From Candidatus Micrarchaeota archaeon (GTDB taxonomy: Archaea > Micrarchaeota > Micrarchaeia > Micrarchaeales > CABMGC01): a DNA stretch of 24,000 nt. The stretch is taken from positions 4,271 through 28,270 of the forward strand of contig JASHUB010000025.1 of the NCBI GenBank assembly GCA_030040265.1. The letters are read 5' to 3'. A model generated the notes under the pieces. The model worked only from the letters and a program-made list of their open reading frames with translations. It was not told where the DNA came from and made no database searches. Made by a program: the position numbers and the translations under genes. The first letter of the stretch is position 1; the number at the start of each line of letters is the position of its first letter. Below are positions 14,168-21,267 of the stretch, piece after piece.

Positions 14168-15398
14168 GCTTCTCGCCTGTCGAAGAAGGCATGGTCTCGC
14201 CCTTCCTGGCGAGTTCCTTCACTTCCGCTTGGAGCTCCTCCATCGTCTTGCCGTCCCTCTCGAGATGCTCGGAGAGCTGCCTCATTATCCTGGGCGCCTG
14301 CCCGAAGCCGTATCTCGCATAGACCGTGAAGCCTGCTATGCTGTTGGCGCCTGTTTTGAAGGCATCGTAGCCGACGTGGCCATCGAATATCCCTCCCTCA
14401 GCTGTTATGTCCGCCTCTGGAAACGCGAGCCGTATGTCGCGCACGCTCCTCAGCATGTACCCGGTCAAGAACGCGCCGCTCCTTCCTGCGGTCGGGTAGC
14501 CCCAACTGCCGCGCACCTCTGCTGGCAGCTGGTCTTTCGGCACCTTGAACGTGTTCGTCGTCACGACTCCGTGCCCTCCGCCGTCAAGGAACGCCTTGAC
14601 GAGCGCGAGCATCGCATCGCGTCCGGATGGCTCGTACGGGCCTATCTTCATGAGCCTGAGCTTGTGCGGCACAAGCTGCTTCATCAACACAGCGGTCTGG
14701 CGATACGCCTCCTCCGTCTGCAGCAGCGGCAGATCTGCCGTGTTCGGCGACCAGCGGTTGTCTATGTAACCTGAAACGTACGGGTATGTCTGGTGGATCA
14801 GGTCCTCGGTCTGCGCAAGCGCGGAGCCTACCGGATCCTTCTTGTCTGTAGGCAGGCCCGCTATGCTGAGCAATATCTCCGACTTTCCCCCTGCCCCGTA
14901 TTCACGAAGCCTGTCAACGACGTAAGCCAGCCCTTCGCTGGGGAAACCCTGCGCATTGTACAGGTCGACGCCGTCGTTCGCCGACACGACCCTGACCCGA
15001 TCGTTTCCCTTCCTCGGCTCGACGACCACGGTCCCTGGCTGCTGTACATCGAAGTAATGGTCGAGCACCAGCGGGACGTCGAAATTCTTGTCCAGGCCTT
15101 CTGCGGGTTTCACCGGGGCCACCTTCCTCGGAAGTCCGGGCATCTTCACCATCATGTTCTTTGGAGGATCGAATTTCGGGAGCACGAGTCCGGCGATGCC
15201 CTGGTACCTGCGGACCACGTCCTTGACCAGCTCCTGGACGGTCTCGGCGTCGCCTCCGCAGATCTCATAGAGTCTGGGTCTTACCACATCCTTGAAATAG
15301 TCCGGATCGTTTGCGCCCTTCTGGAGCATCATCTTCTCTCTCAGCGAGATGGCCGGCAGCTGCGGCTTTGCGTGCGCAGCTGCTCCACTTGCCCCCAA
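14154..15398 (-). CDS. Dihydroorotate dehydrogenase-family (class 2-like) FMN oxidoreductase with an N-terminal extension
   Basis: PyrD-like motifs in order: EPRKGNDRVRV, YNAQGFPSEG (N.xGF.N.G), LSIAG, NRWSPNT (N.SSPNT), KIGPY (KIAPD), GVVTTNT and AEGGIFDG. The start is ambiguous: TTG 15398 (track) or ATG 15332. Confidence 0.6.
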   Translation of the reverse strand: MGASGAAAHAKPQLPAISLREKMMLQKGANDPDYFKDVVRPRLYEICGGDAETVQELVKDVVRRYQGIAGLVLPKFDPPKNMMVKMPGLPRKVAPVKPAEGLDKNFDVPLVLDHYFDVQQPGTVVVEPRKGNDRVRVVSANDGVDLYNAQGFPSEGLAYVVDRLREYGAGGKSEILLSIAGLPTDKKDPVGSALAQTEDLIHQTYPYVSGYIDNRWSPNTADLPLLQTEEAYRQTAVLMKQLVPHKLRLMKIGPYEPSGRDAMLALVKAFLDGGGHGVVTTNTFKVPKDQLPAEVRGSWGYPTAGRSGAFLTGYMLRSVRDIRLAFPEADITAEGGIFDGHVGYDAFKTGANSIAGFTVYARYGFGQAPRIMRQLSEHLERDGKTMEELQAEVKELARKGETMPSSTGEKRSPG

Positions 15399-15428
15399 AC
15401 GATCACCGCTTCTAGTGTGTTCGAAAAG

Positions 15429-15436
15429 TTATATAA
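15429..15436. promoter_or_regulatory. Palindromic TATA box TTATATAA in a divergent intergenic region
   Basis: Its centre is about 28 nt from ATG 15461 (+) and about 34 nt from the TTG at 15398 (-). The element is its own reverse complement. Confidence 0.5.
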
Positions 15437-15460
15437 GCATGACCGCAGCAATTCTAATCT

Positions 15461-16123
15461 ATGTTTAATCCTTTCAACAGGAACAAGGCCAGGGTGACGA
15501 TAACCAGCATCAACCTCAAGACGATGGGCAGCATGCACAGCATAGCGGGAAGACAGGTGCCCGAGAAGGTCTTCACGCTAAGCATCCCGTTCGCTAACAA
15601 GGCGGGCAGCGACCTGGTGCCGGAGCAGTTCAAGAGGCCCAGCATCCGGGTCAACAACCCCACGGTATCGGCTCCCTTTGCGCTGGTCGCCGTAGACCCC
15701 GCGCCTCCCCTAGAGGTCGAGTACAAGGACAAGGTCATGCTCAAGATAAAGATAAAGGCGCCGGAAGAGGCCTACCACGGGCCGATGACCATAGACTTCG
15801 GGACGAACACGCAGGACATGGTGCACCTGAGCGTCACGAAGATCGTGCTAAGCTCCGGGGCGAGGCGCGAGGACATAGCCGAGTCCGGGTTCGCCACAAG
15901 CGTCCAGAAGAGCCAGCTGTTCAAGAAGGACCTGCAGATGTACAAGGTGCTCAAGAAGGGCGACACCGTATCGAAGGTGACGGTGAGCCAGCCGTTCGAG
16001 CTCGTGGGCACGGAGCCGAAGCTGCCGGCGGTCGCAGACACGGACAGGAGCTACGTCCTGAGCATATACGTCAAGGCGCCAACGTTCAACTATGCCGGCC
16101 CGCTCGAGGTCAGTATAAACTAG
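15461..16123 (+). CDS. Hypothetical protein with an internal tandem duplication (two beta-rich ~100-aa halves)
   Basis: ATG start with leaderless TATA spacing. The halves align: SAPFALVAVDPAPPLEVEYKDKVMLKIKIKAPEEAYHGPMTIDF versus SQPFELVGTEPKLPAVADTDRSYVLSIYVKAPTFNYAGPLEVSI. No family recognised. Confidence 0.65.
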   Translation: MFNPFNRNKARVTITSINLKTMGSMHSIAGRQVPEKVFTLSIPFANKAGSDLVPEQFKRPSIRVNNPTVSAPFALVAVDPAPPLEVEYKDKVMLKIKIKAPEEAYHGPMTIDFGTNTQDMVHLSVTKIVLSSGARREDIAESGFATSVQKSQLFKKDLQMYKVLKKGDTVSKVTVSQPFELVGTEPKLPAVADTDRSYVLSIYVKAPTFNYAGPLEVSIN

Positions 16124-16131
16124 GTGTTGAT

Positions 16132-17031
16132 TTGCACTACGTCGTTGCTGTACCGGTCGACAAGTCTCTCATCGAGTTCATCGGCAAGAAGGGCTCGGTC
16201 AACGGACTCACGTTCTACAACAGGAAGATGGACGACAACGTCATAGTGGCGCTCGCGCCGACTAGCATCGAGGAGAAGTTCTACGCGGCGTCAGAGGCGC
16301 TGCTCATCGCAGACCAGATAGTCCTGAGCACCGCGAGCGTCGACAAGTCGTTCGGCGAGATGCTGGTGGCATGCTCGCTGCTGGGCAAGCGTCTCCTGAT
16401 AACCAAGGACAACGACATCGGCAACCTCCTGACAGGGACATCGATGAAGAACTTCGAGCTGATCGACAAGGAGCAGGTGGTTGACAAGATCCTCGCATTC
16501 AAGCCGGAGCACCCATCCGGGGACGTGAGGGTCGACATAGACCACGCGTTCCCTGTCAAGGGCATAGGCACCGTCGCGCTCGGCGTAGTGAAGGGCGGCA
16601 CGGTCAAGGTCCACGACAAGCTCTTCCACACCTCCGGAAAGGAGGTGGAGGTGCGCTCGATGCAGAGCCAGGACGTGGACATCACCACAGCCGAGTACGG
16701 CACCAGGGTCGGGATCGCGCTTAAGAACATCGAACCGGACGAGATTGACAAAGGCGACCTTCTCACCTCGAAGAAGGCGCAGAAGGCGAAGAAGATAACC
16801 GCAGAGCTGATGACCAGCGGCTTCGCAAGCGAGAACATCGAGCCCGAAAGGCTGTACACCTTCGCGTCGAACTTCTCCTACTCGAACGCGCGTGTGGAAA
16901 AGAAGGGCGTTGAAGCCGAGATAACGTTCGAGAAGCCTGTGGCGGTCCTGCCTGGCGACAGATTCCTGCTCGCGAGGGCTGCAGTGCCAAGGATATTCGC
17001 ATCAGGAGTGGTGAAGACAGTCACTTCATGA
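16132..17031 (+). CDS. EF-Tu/SelB-like protein with a degenerate G domain (pseudo-GTPase) and intact EF-Tu domain 2
   Basis: VDIDHAFPVKGIGTVALGVVKGGTVKVHDKL...EVRSMQ.......A..G.RVGIALK.....EIDKGDLL is a clear GTP_EFTU_D2 beta-barrel. The N-terminal ~130 aa align to a G domain but read VAVPVDKS where GHVDHGKT is expected and APTS where DxPGH is expected. TTG start lies 8 nt after the upstream stop. Confidence 0.7.
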   Translation: MHYVVAVPVDKSLIEFIGKKGSVNGLTFYNRKMDDNVIVALAPTSIEEKFYAASEALLIADQIVLSTASVDKSFGEMLVACSLLGKRLLITKDNDIGNLLTGTSMKNFELIDKEQVVDKILAFKPEHPSGDVRVDIDHAFPVKGIGTVALGVVKGGTVKVHDKLFHTSGKEVEVRSMQSQDVDITTAEYGTRVGIALKNIEPDEIDKGDLLTSKKAQKAKKITAELMTSGFASENIEPERLYTFASNFSYSNARVEKKGVEAEITFEKPVAVLPGDRFLLARAAVPRIFASGVVKTVTS

Positions 17032-17595
17032 AGCGTCCCAGATGCTTTGGAACTGCCTCCTGAGCTCTTTCACGTCTTTCGGGTCGGTCACGACGTCTAT
17101 GTGCTCCACGTTCTTGTGCATCCCCCTGTAAGTGAAGTTGGCGGACCCGCTGGCAGCCTCTGTCTCTGCGATGTACATCTTGGCGTGCACGAACTCGCGC
17201 GGCACCTTGAGCGAGATGCCCCTGCTTTTCATCCTCACGAAGAACAGGCTGCAGGCAATGAGCGCCACCGAAGCTGCGATGAGTGCGAGCCCAGCAGCGT
17301 GCAACAGGTAAAGGAAAGCATCCATGATTATCACGAACGCGGAGAGCTTGAACGGCCAGAGCCTCACGCCGCCGCCCCGCAGCATCCTTGCTGCGTCACT
17401 GTCGATCGATGATGCAATGATGCGGATCTGTTTGCCAGCGCAGTTCCTGAGCAGGAAAGCCGCATAGTACCTATCGATATAGGGCGACGAAATGCAGATG
17501 TTCCTGCCGTTCTTTATTATCTTCTCAACGTATCTGTAACTCTCGTGGCCGGAGTAGGAATACCTTTTTGATTTTAGCAGTCCTAGCATATTCAC
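17026..17595 (-). CDS. PLD-superfamily (HKD motif) nuclease/phosphodiesterase-like protein with an inserted hydrophobic hairpin
   Basis: The HKD-type motif VHAKMYIAETEAASGSANFT (H-x-K-x4-E-x5-G-S-x-N) and the N-terminal ICISSPYI are typical of Nuc/PLDc_2 proteins. A ~45-aa hydrophobic stretch (LWPFKLSAFVIIMDAFLYLLHAAGLALIAASVALIACSLFFV) sits between the core strands. Its 3' end overlaps the convergent gene by 6 nt. Confidence 0.65.
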   Translation of the reverse strand: MNMLGLLKSKRYSYSGHESYRYVEKIIKNGRNICISSPYIDRYYAAFLLRNCAGKQIRIIASSIDSDAARMLRGGGVRLWPFKLSAFVIIMDAFLYLLHAAGLALIAASVALIACSLFFVRMKSRGISLKVPREFVHAKMYIAETEAASGSANFTYRGMHKNVEHIDVVTDPKDVKELRRQFQSIWDAS

Positions 17596-17616
17596 ACATT
17601 CAAGCTAACTAATAAA

Positions 17617-18570
17617 ATGGTTCTCATGGCTGACAGACTTGACATGGAGCAGGGATTCTACAGGGACGAGGTGCACGACATCGCAGTCTACACCGCGCTC
17701 GCCGAGAACGAGTCGAGGCCGGAGCTCAGGAGGCTGCTGCAGAAGCTGGCGGACACGGAGAAGAAGCACGCCAAGATATGGAAGGACATAATCTCCGATG
17801 CAGGTGAGACGCCACACGAGCCGGCATTCGTAGGATTCGCCGTCGCATACTACGTATTCATCAGGAAGGTCCTTGGCACCGCATTCGCAATCAAGCTGCT
17901 GGAACGCGGCGAGGAGCGGGCCATAGAAGAGTACTCCGCAGCGCTCGGCAGCAGGAGGATAAGCGGCAAGGGGAAGGCCGCCATAAGGAATGTGATACTA
18001 AACGATGAGAAGTTCCACGAGAAGGAACTGTCCGGAAAGATAGGGGAGTACACCGGAGACCTGAACTACATAAAGTCCATAATCTTCGGGCTCAACGACG
18101 GGCTAGTAGAACTGCTTGCGGTCGTCACCGGACTTGCTGTCGTAGCAACATCGAGCCTGGTAGTGGCTGTCGCAGGAATAGTTGTCGGGATAGCCGGAAC
18201 GCTGTCCATGGCCGCCGGGGAGTACATCTCATCCAAGTCGAGAGGCCTCGTGAGGGAGGCCATGAGGGAAGACGTCGTGCACAAGACGTCGCCAGCCAAA
18301 GAGGCGATGTATATAGGTCTGTTCTACTTCATAGGCGCGATAATCGCGGTCCTCCCGTTCATCCTCGGGCTGGTCAGATACGCCGGCATAATCACGTCAA
18401 TAGTGCTTGTGGTCATAGTCCTGACCGTCGTCTCGACCATAGTCGCGATAATAAGCGACACGAGCGCGAAGCGCAGGGTCGCGGAGATGCTGGTGATATC
18501 GCTAGGGGCAGCGTTCGTAACAATAATATTGGGAGCGATCATCAGGTACTACTTCGGAATAAGCATATAG
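17617..18570 (+). CDS. Membrane-bound ferritin-like / VIT1 (CCC1) family iron-manganese transporter (MbfA-type)
   Basis: The N-terminal erythrin-like four-helix region carries ExxH motifs (TEKKHAK, DEKFHEKE). Next comes the VIT1 signature FGLNDGLVELLAVVTG and 5 TM helices. The start could also be ATG 17626 or 17644. Confidence 0.85.
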   Translation: MVLMADRLDMEQGFYRDEVHDIAVYTALAENESRPELRRLLQKLADTEKKHAKIWKDIISDAGETPHEPAFVGFAVAYYVFIRKVLGTAFAIKLLERGEERAIEEYSAALGSRRISGKGKAAIRNVILNDEKFHEKELSGKIGEYTGDLNYIKSIIFGLNDGLVELLAVVTGLAVVATSSLVVAVAGIVVGIAGTLSMAAGEYISSKSRGLVREAMREDVVHKTSPAKEAMYIGLFYFIGAIIAVLPFILGLVRYAGIITSIVLVVIVLTVVSTIVAIISDTSAKRRVAEMLVISLGAAFVTIILGAIIRYYFGISI

Positions 18571-18596
18571 CTCCTAGTGAGTTCAGGTGATTGTGG

Positions 18597-19319
18597 ATGT
18601 TCAAGGATATCAAAGCGCAGATGGCTCACGTTAGGAGTTTTCGGAGAAAAACCCTGGTGCCATCGCAAGATGAACTCTTATGGGAACTGTTTGGAGTTTG
18701 CTTAGGCGACGGTTGCTTATCTCGGTGCTTTAACAGAACGACAGGCTACACGATGAATTTTACTATCTTCACAGGAAATGGGAAGGATGATTTTGAATAT
18801 TATACTACCTACCTAGCTCCTAGCCTAAGATCCAAATTTAACATCAAAGTTACTCCGTATCTCCGAAAAGATTCCAATTCGATAGCCATTCGCATAAATA
18901 ATCAAAGTGTATTTTATTCTTTCAAGAAGCTCGGCATGCCCATAGGTAAGAAAAAGGAGAAGATTGAGATCCCTCCAATAATGTTCAAAAAACCTAAGAG
19001 AGTCAAGGCAGCAGTGTTAAGAGGCCTTCTTGATACGGATGGGTGTATTTTCGCAAGAAGAGATGAGGCTTATAAATATCTACACATAAAGATAACAAGT
19101 GCAAATGAATCTTTCTTATATCAAATAAAGAAATTAATGGGCGACTTCAATTTGCCGGCATATGTCCATTGGCAAGGCAGGCACGGAGGCGACGTGATAG
19201 TAAGAGGAAATAGTAATATAAAGCGTTGGATGGCATTAATAGGAACATCACACCCACTGATAAAACAGAGATATATCGGATGGCTGGATAAAGGAGTTCT
19301 CTTACCTAAGGGCTCGTAG
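18597..19319 (+). CDS. Free-standing double-motif LAGLIDADG homing endonuclease
   Basis: Two LAGLIDADG motifs, ELFGVCLGDGC and LRGLLDTDGC, both retaining the terminal acidic residue, in a ~240-aa protein. SD-like GGTGA lies 7 nt upstream of ATG 18597. Markedly AT-rich versus the flanks. The TAG stop (19317-19319) lies inside tRNA-Ala. Confidence 0.85.
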   Translation: MFKDIKAQMAHVRSFRRKTLVPSQDELLWELFGVCLGDGCLSRCFNRTTGYTMNFTIFTGNGKDDFEYYTTYLAPSLRSKFNIKVTPYLRKDSNSIAIRINNQSVFYSFKKLGMPIGKKKEKIEIPPIMFKKPKRVKAAVLRGLLDTDGCIFARRDEAYKYLHIKITSANESFLYQIKKLMGDFNLPAYVHWQGRHGGDVIVRGNSNIKRWMALIGTSHPLIKQRYIGWLDKGVLLPKGS

Positions 19320-19381
19320 CGCAGTGGTAGCGCACATCGTTCGCAACGATGGGGTCGCGGGTTCGAATCCCGCCGAGTCCA
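19310..19381 (+). tRNA. tRNA-Ala (anticodon CGC)
   Basis: Hand-folded 72-nt cloverleaf. Acceptor GGGCTCG/CGAGTCC with the G3:U70 Ala identity pair. D arm GCGC-AGTGGTA-GCGC. Anticodon arm CATCG-TTCGCAA-CGATG. T arm GCGGG-TTCGAAT-CCCGC. Discriminator A. Confidence 0.9.
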
Positions 19382-19410
19382 TACGATCCAATCTCTGCCC
19401 AGGTATTCAG

Positions 19411-21225
19411 ATGAAACTCGGCTTCCTCCAACTGCCTGCCGCAATCGTCCTTTTCGTGGCCGCGCTCCTTGCGGTCGCGTACATCGGCAACCTGATAGGA
19501 TACGCGATATTCATCGCGTGCCTTCTGTCCTTCCTAGGTCTGCTCGTCTCGCTGCTCTGGTCTGCCAGGGACATGGTCAAAGCACTCAAGGCACACCTCA
19601 GCAGAGAGTCGCTCCTTCTGCTCCTGGCGATCCTGGTGATCTTCACCCTGCTCTCCACATATGTGTTCCCGAAGTCCGAGCTGGTGTACTTCGATGAGAA
19701 CATCTACCAGGGCATAGCACTAAACATACTCCACAGCGGCAATGCGCTGTCCTGCATCTACGGGACCGCATACGTCCAGAAATGCTTCACTACCAACCTG
19801 GGCTTCGATCCAGAGGGATGGCCGTTCCTCATCGCAGTAGCTTTCGGGATGTTCGGAATCAGCAACGTGACATCGTATGCGCTTGAACTGTTCATGGCTC
19901 TGGTGTCGATAGTCGGAGTCTTCCTGATTGCAAGCATGCTCTCCGACCGGAAGGAGGTCGGTGTGATCTCAGCAGCTGCGTTTGCGCTAATCCCAGAGCT
20001 CTTCATCTGGGCTGGCACCGTCGCAAGCCCGGACCTGCCATTCATGGCATTCGCGGTTCTGGACCTGGTCTTCTTTCTAGTGTTCCTGAAGCAGCGAAAC
20101 GTCAGGACCCTGTCACTTGTTGCTTTCAGCACGGCGTTCACGGTCTACTTCAGGCTCGAAGCGCTGCTGCTGGTGCCGATATTCGCGATACTCTATGTTG
20201 CATTCTCATGGCCATCCGGAAGGAAGCATGCCGTTCGTGCGGCGTCAAAGCAGATCTCAGGCACGAGGGTTTACCTGGTGCTACTTGCTTCACTTCTCAT
20301 CCTTGTGCCTCAGCTGGTCGCGTCGCTTGAGACCGCTCCGGAGCTGCAGGCAAACGCGGCATTCTATCTTTATCCAAACACAGCGACCTTCTCAGCATCG
20401 TACGTCCTGCCAAATCTTCTCGCAAATGCCAAGTTCCTGGCTGGCTTCATCTTCGAGTATCCAATCATATTCATCCCGAGCATCACCGTATTTGCGATCA
20501 TCGGCGCGGCGTCACTGCTCCTGGACAAAAGCTACAAGAACGGCAGGCGGACACTTCTTGCGCTGCTGCTCTTCTTCTTCGCGTACTTCTGTGTCTATCT
20601 ATTCTACTTCTCAGGCTCCGTGCTCGTCGGCGTCTCGGTCAGGTATCTGCTGATAATCTATCCTCCGATGGCCATTCTCTCTGCTTTCGGGATATCCAGC
20701 ATAAGCAGGTTCGCGTCAAGCAAGAACACACAGCTAGGATACATCATAGCTACAGCCATCCTTATCGTGTTCTTCGTTGTACCATTCGTACACGCAGCTG
20801 CGACACTGGCAAAGCCATCCTATTCTTACTATGGCTTTCCGCTGAACAACGTGACAGCCAACCTCACCGGCGTGAATCCATACACGACGCAATACTCGAA
20901 GAACGATATCGCGTTCATAGACAACAGCAGCCACCTCGTGCCTAGCAACTGTCTCGTCATGTCCGAGCTGCCATCCGTGTGGTTCATGCTCAACAGAAGC
21001 TCCTCCTACCTGCCTCCGCAGACGGACCTGTTCACGAACCAGGCGTACAGCGGCTATGGCTGCTATTATCTAGACTACGACTTCTGGTGCACCGTAAGCC
21101 CGTACAACACGACTGTCTGCAAGTTCTACACCACAGACTACAAGCTCAGGCTCGTAGCGACTGAGCCCGACGGGGCAGGCTCCAACTTCTCCCTCTACCA
21201 GCTGCTTAATTACACCCCGCAATGA
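19411..21225 (+). CDS. GT-C fold glycosyltransferase (ArnT/PMT-like, dolichyl-phosphate-sugar dependent), polytopic membrane protein
   Basis: The track ORF starts inside the tRNA; the first ATG is at 19411. About 12 or more TM helices, with YFDENIYQ (acidic DE motif) in the first external loop as in GT39/GT83 enzymes. The C-terminal soluble domain has Cys pairs and many sequons. No WWDYG motif, so it is not AglB. Confidence 0.65.
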   Translation: MKLGFLQLPAAIVLFVAALLAVAYIGNLIGYAIFIACLLSFLGLLVSLLWSARDMVKALKAHLSRESLLLLLAILVIFTLLSTYVFPKSELVYFDENIYQGIALNILHSGNALSCIYGTAYVQKCFTTNLGFDPEGWPFLIAVAFGMFGISNVTSYALELFMALVSIVGVFLIASMLSDRKEVGVISAAAFALIPELFIWAGTVASPDLPFMAFAVLDLVFFLVFLKQRNVRTLSLVAFSTAFTVYFRLEALLLVPIFAILYVAFSWPSGRKHAVRAASKQISGTRVYLVLLASLLILVPQLVASLETAPELQANAAFYLYPNTATFSASYVLPNLLANAKFLAGFIFEYPIIFIPSITVFAIIGAASLLLDKSYKNGRRTLLALLLFFFAYFCVYLFYFSGSVLVGVSVRYLLIIYPPMAILSAFGISSISRFASSKNTQLGYIIATAILIVFFVVPFVHAAATLAKPSYSYYGFPLNNVTANLTGVNPYTTQYSKNDIAFIDNSSHLVPSNCLVMSELPSVWFMLNRSSSYLPPQTDLFTNQAYSGYGCYYLDYDFWCTVSPYNTTVCKFYTTDYKLRLVATEPDGAGSNFSLYQLLNYTPQ

Positions 21226-21230
21226 TAGAA

Positions 21231-21238
21231 TTATATAC
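21231..21238 (+). promoter_or_regulatory. TATA box candidate (TTATATAC)
   Basis: About 30 nt upstream of ATG 21268. Confidence 0.45.
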
Positions 21239-21267
21239 CACATCGCGGTTATCTTTCTCGTGGTTGA

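Noticed and set aside
14793-15497. 234-aa plus-strand ORF
   Set aside because: Antisense to the DHOD-like gene. It also runs across the divergent promoter region.
16281-16859. 192-aa minus-strand ORF
   Set aside because: Antisense to the EF-Tu-like gene, which has a clear domain 2 signature.
19324-19410. N-terminal 29 codons of track ORF 19324-21225
   Set aside because: This segment is the body of tRNA-Ala. The membrane protein starts at ATG 19411.
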